Source: Fonticula alba ATCC 38817 (lineage: Eukaryota > Protista > Nucleariida). From it: 31,402 nt of DNA. Each line of letters starts with the position of its first letter. Position 1 is the stretch's first letter. The DNA is taken from assembly GCA_000388065.2 (NCBI GenBank), contig KB932203.1. The stretch is one strand, 5' to 3'. Both the position numbers and the translations under genes were made by a program. Below, in pieces: positions 22,474 through 31,402 of the stretch. The notes under the pieces were generated by a model. The model had not been told where the DNA came from, did no database searches, and was given only the letters and a program-made list of their open reading frames with translations.

Positions 22474-25400
22474 ATGGTCGAGTCGATGGAGATGTCGCCG
22501 ATGTCCGGGCGGACGGCCGCCTCCTCGGCGGCTACCATGCCGATGGCCGCCGGCTCGCCGCCTCTCGGTGGCGGCACCTCCCCTCCCCGTCGAGTTCAAC
22601 ACTCGGCCGGGGCCATCCGCCGATCACAGCTGAACGCCCTCTTTCGTAAGACGGCCACACACCAGGTACGTGCGATGCACATGCGCGCCTTGGCACCCGC
22701 CGCGCCTCTCCGCTATCCCTCCCCCCGTGGCCCAAGTGCATCCGTCCCACCCCGCCTGCCGGGGCTCTCTCTCTCTCTCTCTCTCTCTCTCGTTCTTCCC
22801 GAGCAGCGGTGCACCCTCCCGTGCAGAGGTCACCGCTGGACTCTTTCCCCGCTGGCCACTGACACTCGCTGCAAATCGTGGCCCCCTCCGCCGGGGCCTT
22901 GCCCCTGCTCCCTGCCCAGCGCTACCAAATGTTCACGAACATTTGCTGTGTCCTGGCCTGCCCATTGGTGCTGGTGGCCATCTGCGGCATCCTGGCCATT
23001 GTGATTGATCTGCTGGTCGGCGACCTCTTCCAGGCGGTCGGGGTGCAGTACTGCTCCGGCTCGCCGGAAGTCATGATCCCCGGCACATACCGGAGCTACC
23101 TGCCGAAGGCGGACCTGTCCAATGGGGCCGTCGGCGTCGATCCGGATGGCGAGCTGCGCGTCCTCCTCGGCCATGGCAAGTCCTCCTCCTATGAGGGACG
23201 TGCGTGCATGCACTTCTTCTCGACCCATGTCTATGGCACCCAGATGAGCGACCCCTTCAGCGGACCAGTGACCCCCTCCTGCCGGGGCGCCCCTCGCGCG
23301 GAGTTCTGCCCATTCCCGGCATTGTGCGTGCCTCCCTCCCCGTCCCTCCCTCCTTCGGTGGGCCTCTCCCCCGGCCCCGGCTCTTGCTCGGCCCACCAAT
23401 GCCGGTGACGTCGTCAGCCTCCTCCCTCCCCCAGTCTGACCCCTCGGCTCCCCGAATGCCAGCACGCCCTTCCCCCCGACGGAGCTCGACTGGTTCCCCG
23501 ACCCACCGGTTGGGAATGAGGACTTCCCCAGCCTGGCTTTCCGGTACTTTGTGTCCGACAACGACCGGACCTGGGGCTACTTGGCCACGAACATCCCCAC
23601 CACGCTGGACGTCGGCGGCGGCATCACCGTGCCCGGTGTGGGCGCTCTGCCGCCCCTGACGAGCCCCATCTCTCGCGAGATGATTCCCACCAATCCGCTC
23701 GAGCCGCGAGATGTGAATGAGGGCATCGAGCAGGGCCTGTTGGGCGAGCTCCCGCGCGGGTTCACCATTGTCCCGGATGCCGCGGAGCAGTACATCGCCG
23801 ACCCGGCCTCCCCCCTCAGCGCTCCGGATAACCCTCTCCTCCTGCGGTATCCCTACTTCGAGCAGCTGACCCCGGCCTCCTCGGCCACGGAGGATCTCCT
23901 GGCCGCGGTGGATAAGGAGACCTTCGACCGGGTTCAGGCGTACGTTCCCCCTCTGCTTTGCCCTGCTCTCGTCGTTTGCATGCACCATGCCCGATCCGGC
24001 CTCCTCCCTGCGTCTGTGTCTTGCCCTCTTCCTTCCTCGACTGCCTCCTTTCTCGCTGTTCCCTCCCTCTTCCTCTCTCCACCTCCGTATCTCCAAGGAT
24101 TTTTGATTGCTGACCCTGTCGCGCTCATGGGCCGGTGTTTTCTTTTTTCGCGCACCTTGTGTCCCCTCACCAGCGCCATCAAGCATCTCCAGGCTCAGCA
24201 CCTCCTTCTGTCGCTGCCGCACGTCTCCACCCCGGGCCTGTACGTTTGTCCCCCCCCCCCCCCCCCCCCGCCCCATCCCCCGCCTCGATCCCCCCCTGCA
24301 GCATGGAGCAAACTCTCGAGGCTCAGATCGCCCTGGCGGCGGTTCCCCGCGCGTCCATGACTCTGCACTCAATGTCGGCCGGTGTGGATCCCACCCATCG
24401 GTCTGACCCCACCAGCAGTCTGCTGAATGTCACCTTCCATGTGGGCTTCGACCAGCAGCTTCAGGGCCTCAGTGAGCTGGCTCCCACGCGTGGGCTGTCC
24501 ACCTTCCTGAAGGATCAGCCTGGCGTGGCGCCCCTGCCGTCGGCCCTGTTCAGCCTGCTCCGGGCGCAAACCGGCCTCACCCAGGCGCTCATTAGCCTGC
24601 GCTCCCGGGCGGCCGGGTTCCTGCAGTTTGACCTGGGCCAGGCCCTGCGTCAGTGGCCATCCAACGGGACCAGTGGCTTCTTCTTCAACACCCGGGCCCT
24701 CTTCGGCAATGCGCTCTACCCGTTTGGCATTTCCTTCCTCCTGCCGGTGTTCGTGGTGTCCCTGGTCCGGGACAAGGAGCAGCGCGTGCTCATCATGATG
24801 CGCATGAATGGCCTGTCCGACTCCTACTACTATGCCATGGAGTACTTGCATTTCTATGTGCTGTACACCATCAGCACCGTGGTGTTCATTGTCACCGGTG
24901 TGGCCTTCGGCTTGGAGTTCTTCACCCGCACCGGGGCCGGGGTGTACCTGGCCCTCTTTTTCCTCTGGGGCCACATCCTGGTGGCCATGGCGCTCTTCCT
25001 GTCGGCGCTCTTCATGCGTGCTCGCACGGCCCAGATTGTCACCTTCCTGGTGGTGCTTCTGTCGATCATCGTCAACAACGGCCTGACCTTCATGTTCACC
25101 GGCCAGGACCGGCCGGCGGGCATCAACATCTTCCCGCCCTTCGCCTTCTATGGGGCTCTGATTACCATCAACAACCAGGCGTCCGATTTGTCCCTTCGGG
25201 CGTATGCGGTGGCCGACCTGGTCCCGGGCGATCCGGTGTTCACGAGCCTCATGTTCATGCTGGCGGAGATCATCGTCCTGCTGCTGGTGAGCTTGTGCGT
25301 GTGGGCTTCTCGCTTGCTTTTGCCCTCTCCCTCGCCCCTGTCGCCTGCTTTCCCGCGTCTGGTCCATTGCTGACTCCAATGCCCCCCCGATGTCCTGCGG

Positions 25401-26623
25401 TCTTCATTCTCCGCGTCCCTTCCTCCACTTTCGATCCCTCTTCCCTGCTTGTCCCCTTCCATTCGGCCCGCATCATACCCCTGCCATCCTGTCGGATTTC
25501 CCTCTGTGTTCCCCAAACTCTCCCCCGGACCCCCCCCCCCCGGGACGCATCTGTTCGGTGTCCCCCCGGTTGCTGGCGGCATCCTGCCCCGGCGCTCAAT
25601 TCCCTTTCCTCTCCTCCATGCTGTCGCGCCCTCCTTTCTCCCCATCTCTCCCCCCCCCCGCTCCCTCATTTGCCTTCCCCCTTGCCCCTCATCCAGCTAC
25701 CTCATCCTGGTCCTGCCGTCGGAGTTCGGTCTCCAGCTCCCGTGGCACTTCCCGGCCAGTCGGACGTATGCGGCCATCCAGCGGTTTATCGCGCGCCGCC
25801 GCCGCGCCGGCAACGACAGCATCAGTCACTACATGTCGGATGCCGAGGATCTGGCCGATGATCAGGACCACTTCGATCAGGGCCCGGCTTCGGCCGATGA
25901 ATTCCTGCATGCGGCGGATGCCGTGGCGGGCGACACCACGACCGGCCCCATGCGGTGGGATATCCCCGGCGAGGTCGGCGACGCGGCTGTGCAGCAGGAG
26001 CGCCGGCGTATCTATACCGGCCGGCATTCGCCCAACTCGCCGCTGGTTCTGCGCGGCGTCAAGAAGGACTTCGCCGGCGGCAAGCGCGCCGTACGCTCCG
26101 TGAGCTTCAGCCCGGAGCGTGACCAAATTTTCGGCCTCCTCGGACCGAATGGCGCTGGCAAGACGACCCTCATTTCGCTGGTCACCGGGCTGCGGCCGCC
26201 TTCCGGCGGTCGGATCCGCGTGGCCGGGCATCTCCTGTCCTCCGGCACCCTGGACTCCATCTACCGGTCGATTGGCGTTTGCCCACAGTATGACATCCTC
26301 TGGAATGACCTTCCGGTGGAGGATCATCTGTATTTCTATGTCCGGCTCAAGGGGTCGAGCTTGCACTTGCCGCGGTCCAAGCGGGCCGCGGCCGATCGCC
26401 AAGCCGTCAGTGAGCTGCTGGCCGCCGTCGGCCTCGAGCGCTACCGCTTCACCGCGGCCGGCTCCCTGTCGGGTGGCGAGCGCCGACGCCTGTCGATTGC
26501 GATTGCCCTGGCCGGTGACCCGGAGGTCATCTTCCTGGATGAGCCGACCGTGCGCCCCCCTCCCATCCTCCTTGGCTCTCTCTTCCTTTTTTTGCTCCCA
26601 TCCTCCTCCTGCCCCCCCCCCCC

Positions 26624-26667
<44 letters not shown>

Positions 26668-27838
26668 CCCCCGCCCCCCCCCCCCCCACCCCCCCCCCCC
26701 GCCCCCGCCCCCCCCCCCCGCCCCCCCCCCCCCGCCGGCCCCCCCCACCCCCCCCCCCCCCCCCCCCCCCCGTTCGCCCACTGTCGCACCAGAGCCTGCC
26801 TCTCCCGGGCCCGGGCCCGATCGAGCGCTACGTCCACGCCTCGGATCAGAAGTATGGCCGGAAGCAGGAGGCTCTCGAGGCGCAAGCCCTCCTGGCCCAG
26901 GGGTACGTCATTGGCGCCAGTGATCTCTGCCCAATTGTCTTACAATTGGTCCTTGTCCGCGGTCCCTGGTTTTCTTCCCCTACACATGCACCCCCCCCCC
27001 CCCCCCCCCCCCTCCCCCCCCCCCCTCCCCCCCCCCCAACCGCATATGCCCGGCACTTGCTTCCTCAGGTCCTTCTGCTAACCCTGGCATGTCCGCCCCC
27101 TTTCTCCCATGTCCCTTTGTGCGGCAGACCGGTCTCGATCCCGAGGTTCGGCGTCTCATTTGGACCATTATCCAGGCTCAGCGCGTCGGCCGGACGATGG
27201 TCCTGACGACACACTCCATGGAAGAGGCCGAGGTCCTCTGCCAGAACATCGGCATCATGGTCCGCGGCTCACTGCGCGTCATCGGTGTACGTCCCTGTTG
27301 GTGGGCATTTGACGCGCCATTTTTTGCCCCTTCCTCCCCTTCCCCTTCGCTCGCTCGCTCGCTCGCCAGCGCCCTCTCGCGCGCACATCACGCGTGCCGG
27401 CCCGCCGTGCACTCACACCCACGTCCACCCTGTGCCCCGGGCGCGCAGACCCCCCTGGAGCTGAAGTCTCGCTATGGTAGCGGCGTGCGCATGTCCGTGA
27501 GCGTGGTCCCCGGACGCGCGGCCGAGGCGGCCTCCTTCGTGTGTTCGCTGATCCCGCGCGAGTGCGACCCGCGGGTCATTGAGCCGGCCGGCATCGAGGA
27601 TATCGCCGACCTGAAGACCATCTCCACCAATCGCCTGAGCATCGAATTCACAGCCAAACTGGGGCTCATCGCCCGGCTGTTCGAGAATCTCGGCGGCTCC
27701 AAGCACGGCCTCACCCCGGCCGAGATGTCCCAGCAGCTGGCCCAGCGCCATGGCGTCGTCGACTGGGGCATCTCCCAGACCTCCCTGGAGGAGGTTTTCC
27801 TGACCATCGTCGGTGATGAGGGCGCCGCCGCGGACTGA
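22474..27838 (+). CDS. ABCA-subfamily half-transporter B (TMD + large extracellular domain + one NBD), ~1177 aa, 8 exons
   Basis: Exons (+): 22474-22665, 22920-23323, 23463-23939, 24174-24239, 24302-25294, 25697-26549, 27128-27286, 27449-27838 (3534 nt). Walker A GPNGAGKTT, GVCPQYDILW, LSGGERRRL, IFLDEPT|TGLDP, LTTHSMEEAE, tail DWGISQTSLEEVFL; VRDKEQRVLIMMRMNGL after TM2. Exon boundaries in the extracellular domain are less certain. Confidence 0.9.
26612..26771. repeat. ~160-nt nearly pure poly-C tract in intron 6 of ABCA-B
   Basis: Seen directly, with only isolated T/G/A interruptions. Confidence 0.9.
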
Positions 27839-28426
27839 TTTCCCTCGGGCAATACTTGCTGCCTACCCTCGCTTGCCTCGCCCTCTCTCCCTCTCCCCCT
27901 CTGCCCCTCTCCTTCCTGACGTACGCGGGGGTTTGCGCTGCCAATACACCGTCCGTCCTTGAGAACCACCGTCCCCCCCCTTGCATTTTCGAGCTCGTCT
28001 GTGCTGGCGCATTCAGGTCACTGATATGTGTCTGTGCGCATGAGCGCACCCATGCTTGTCTCCTTGGCAGCTCCCTCATGGAGATATGTGTACAAGCGCG
28101 TGTGTGCGGCCCGAATACGCCCGTCTCACCAACAGTGTCCTTGTTCGAGGGCCCCAACCTGGGAGTCCTCTGGCGACTTTCCTGTGAAGGAGGGACGAAC
28201 CGCCCCGACAGTCAGCCAGCCAGCCAGCCCATCCGAATACGGGCGTCTCCAGGCCCGCCGTTCGCCCTTCCGGCGAGAAACACAATCCCCCGGACGATGG
28301 AACAGTAGGCACAGGCCTCGCACATGGGTAGGCGGTTGGGGGGTTCTATTTGGGCGCGCCAGGGGGGGGGGGGGGGGGAGGAAGAGGGGAAAGCAAGGGG
28401 AGGAGAGGGAGCGGGAAGGCCACCGG

Positions 28427-31304
28427 TTACTGCTGGTCGCGGAAGGCGTTGTACGCCTCATTCAGCGCATGGAAGACACCCTGTGCCAGGAGCTTGTCAG
28501 CGGTGTCGGCATTGTGCACCTTATCGGGGTGGACACTGGCAATGGCGCGCATGTAGCTGCGCTTGATCTGAGCCGGCGTCATCAAATCGGCCAAACTGAT
28601 GGCGGTGAACTCGATCGAGGCCGGGACCACCGTGTGAGCGGAGGACAGCAGCGCACGGATGTTCCCCACTCGCGGGTCCTTCCAGGCGGAGAGGGTGGCC
28701 TGCACGCGTGGCAGGGCGGCATCCGCCTCGGCCGAGTTCTGAGCGGCCTGCTCTTCCGCCGCGCGCATGCGCTTGAGGGCTATGGACGCGTGCGTGTTTG
28801 AGGGGGGAAGAGAAAGGGACAGAGAGGGGAGAGACAAGCGGCTGGTCAGAGAAACGGCGACTTGACATGCTGGTGCAGAGAGGGAAGAACGAGAAGAGCG
28901 AGAGAAAGACAAAGAGAGAGAGAGAGAGAGAGAGAGGGAGGGAGAGGGAGAAAAGCATGATCCGTTGCGATGGAGACTGGACACACCGTCAGAAGACTCG
29001 ACCTCGGCAGCGGTAACTGGGATGACGGGGGCCGTGGAGGCACTCGAGGCGAAGGCAGTCGGGGCAGCGGTGCTGGCAGGACCGGCGGAGGGGGCAGATC
29101 CAAGCGTGTCAAATTCCGACAGGTCGAAGCCGGCACTGCTGAGGGTCGGAGCCGGGGCAGACACAGCCGCGGGAGCAGCAGCAGCAGCAGCCGGAGTGGC
29201 CAGGCTGGCGCTGGAAGATGACGCCGAGGCCGAGCGGCTGGCTTCCGGCGATGACCGGCGCTTGTTCAGCATGGCCTGCGCCCGCTGGACGCGGTTCATG
29301 CCATCGGAGGCCTGCTTATCCTGGGGGCTGATCTCGCGCGCGCGCCGGAAGTCCGCCAGCGCCGGGTCCAGCTTTTCCAGCGATTCGTACGCCTGGCCAC
29401 GACGGATGAGTGCCCGGAAGTTCAAGGCATCCACCCGAAGGATGGCATCGCAGTCGGCCACACACAGGTCATAGTCCTGGGTGCGCAGGCGCGAGATGGC
29501 CCGGTTGTTGAGGATCGACACCAGGGTGGCCGGGTGCGTGCCGGCATTCAGCTGATCCAGCGCCGCCGAATAGGAGACTGTAATGGAGGGCGGGCGCAGG
29601 GCACAGACCGTGTCAGAGGCAGGGGAACGCGAAGGGAGAGGGAGGGACCGGGAGCCCGGAGGCAAGGAAGGAGGGAAACACACCAATGGCGCCCTGGTAG
29701 TCACCGGCGCGGAACTGGTCGTTACCGCGCTGACGCTCGGCCGTGACGGCCTCCGGCAGCGGGACATCCGAATCCTTGGGGGCCGGGTCAACCACCGGGA
29801 CCGGGGCCGGGGCGGCGGCAGGAACAGCCACAGGGGCGGTCGCGGCAACGGGGCGGGCACCGGCAGGGGTGTGGGTCTGCGGGGCGGGCACCGGGGCCGG
29901 GGCACTAACATAGCCCAGGCGGTCAGTCACAAGGCATGCATGGAAGCGGGGGCGAGGAGGGGGGGGGGGGGGGGGGGCGAGGGCGACGCACGCGCGCGGC
30001 TCCGAAACTGCGGAGGCGGTCAGATAGTCGATGGCAGCATCGAGAAGATGTGCGGCCGAAGCCCCGGGGCCCAGGGCCTCAGCCGACCACCGCAGGGCAG
30101 CGTGCGACTGCTCGATGTTGAAGCCCATGCCGCAAAGCTGATGCAGCAGCGCCGGATCGGCCTCCGGATGCGCGTGAGCATACGCCTCGGCCGCCACCTG
30201 CGAAGGGGCCGGAGCCGGGGCCGGAGCCGGGGCATCGGTAAACGCCTCGGCGGTCTGCTCGAACTGGGTCAGCGTGGCCACCGCCTGTGAAATGTTCCCC
30301 CGGTGGGCAATGAGCGCCTCGATGGCCATCGGCTCGGAGAAGCCCATGCTGACCAGCTGCGCGACAAAGTGCGGCGGGGGATGATACGGCTGGCCGGTCG
30401 GGGACCCGGGACCGCCGCCAGTCACCGAGGCAACCGCCGACAGGGCATTGTGGAAGTGCTCCTGCATCTGCTGGCGATTGACATACTGCGATGCCTGCTC
30501 AGTGGCCGCGCGTGCGCTCTCCGCCGCGGCGGTTGTCATGGCCGACAGCCGCGAAAAGAGGAAGGAGGTCAGGCCCTCGGCACTGCGCGAAGAGGAGGCC
30601 GACGCCCCAGTGGTGGAGGCAGCCGACGGGGAGCCGGACCCGCTGGCAGGGGATGCCGGCGACCGAGCGCGCGACGCCTCGGCAGGCTGGAAACCCGGGC
30701 CAGCGACCGCCACGGCCGGCGGCCGGGCTGGCGCGGCAGCCGTCCGGGTGGAGGGCTGAGCGGCGGGCTGGGCGGCGGGCTGGGCGGCGGGCTGAGCGGC
30801 GGGCTGAGCGGCGGGCTGGGCGGCGGGCTGGGCGGCGGGCTGGGTGGCACGGCCAAAGCCAGCGGCCGGACTCGGGGCCGGGCTCACTGCGGCCGAGGAG
30901 GCCGACGACGACGTGGACGGCGAGGCTGTCTGCGAGCCGACGACCGCAGGGCCCAAGCCAAGTCCAAGCAGGTCGCCCGAAGCCGGATGCGAGGCGCTGC
31001 TCGCGGCCACCGGCGGCTGGGCTGGCGAGGTCATCGACGATAGGGACGCCGGAGCCTTGACAAAGTCCCAGTCAGAGGCGTTGCTTGCGCTGTCCATCGA
31101 GGGGGAGGCCGTGGAGACATGCGGCTGCGGCTGCGACTGCGGGACCGCCGGGGTGGTGAAAAACCCGAAGATGTCATCATTGGCGATGGACGAGGGGGCG
31201 CCGTCAGTCGGAACCGGAGCCGGAGCCGGGGCCGCGGCGCCAGAAGCTGAAGAGGAGAAAAGGTCATCGAACGGGTCATTTGACGGGGCAGAGGCCGACT
31301 TCAT
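28427..31304 (-). CDS. Swa2/auxilin-like clathrin-uncoating co-chaperone (2x UBA + TPR + C-terminal J domain), >=825 aa; may have an upstream exon outside the window
   Basis: Exons (-): 31304-29992, 29904-29684, 29577-28987, 28779-28427 (2478 nt). UBA-like QLVSMGFSEPMAIEAL and QLCGMGFNIEQSHAAL; TPR helices RGNDQFRAGDYQGAI, NNRAISRL, RALIRRGQAYE; auxilin-type J domain NIRALLSS...VHPDK. A branch site plus CAG acceptor at 31310 suggests the first exon or a 5'UTR intron lies further upstream. Confidence 0.88.
30753..30842. repeat. Coding 12-bp tandem repeat (7.5 units) encoding (QPAA)x7
   Basis: GGGCTG(A/G)GCGGC units read directly; they translate on the - strand as QPAAQPAA... inside the Swa2-like gene. 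Confidence 0.95.
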
Positions 31305-31402
31305 GGCAGCTGGCACAGGTGCACCGGAACACGAGCGAGGGAGGGGGTGTGTCCGCCGGTCAGTGGTCGGGGGGGATGGAAAAATGAATCCATGGGGGGG
31401 GG

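Noticed and set aside
23200-23210. GTGCGT donor at 23200 as the end of ABCA-B exon 2
   Set aside because: Phase 1 is incompatible with the next usable acceptor. The donor at 23324 gives an open frame and a typical C-rich intron.
25449-27206. Poly-proline ORF resembling a formin/WASP-like protein
   Set aside because: The prolines are the translated intronic poly-C tract; the real exon ends at DEPT (26549).
30753-30842. Tandem repeat considered as a CRISPR array or telomeric repeat
   Set aside because: There are no spacers, it lies in frame within a coding exon, and the context is eukaryotic.
22474-31304. Functional link between ABCA-B and the neighbouring clathrin-uncoating gene
   Set aside because: They are convergent neighbours in a gene-dense genome; adjacency alone is not evidence.
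1-31402. Prokaryotic operon, defence island, prophage or transposase
   Set aside because: All recognisable genes are spliced eukaryotic genes. I saw no transposase/RT/integrase motifs, terminal repeats or target-site duplications.

Overview
This is eukaryotic, very GC-rich, intron-rich genomic DNA, not prokaryotic. Introns have GT-AG ends, mostly GTGCGY/GTACGT/GTATGT donors and C/CT/CA-rich interiors. The scaffold has five N gaps. I built seven spliced protein-coding genes by hand, and all exon sums are in frame. From left to right: bacterial-type mitochondrial histidyl-tRNA synthetase (-), DRG2/Rbg2 GTPase (-), a very long A/B-like cyclin (+), mitochondrial ribosomal protein uL16m (-), a head-to-head pair of dissimilar ABCA half-transporters (- and +), and a Swa2/auxilin-like 2xUBA-TPR-J protein (-). 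Composition and gene style suggest a unicellular opisthokont such as Fonticula, but this is an unverified inference. I found no rRNA, tRNA, CRISPR array or recognisable transposon. The most interesting items are the divergent ABCA pair (candidate co-regulated heterodimer), two unusually bacterial-like mitochondrial translation genes, and a cluster of hairpin/cloverleaf structures and motifs between DRG2 and the cyclin.
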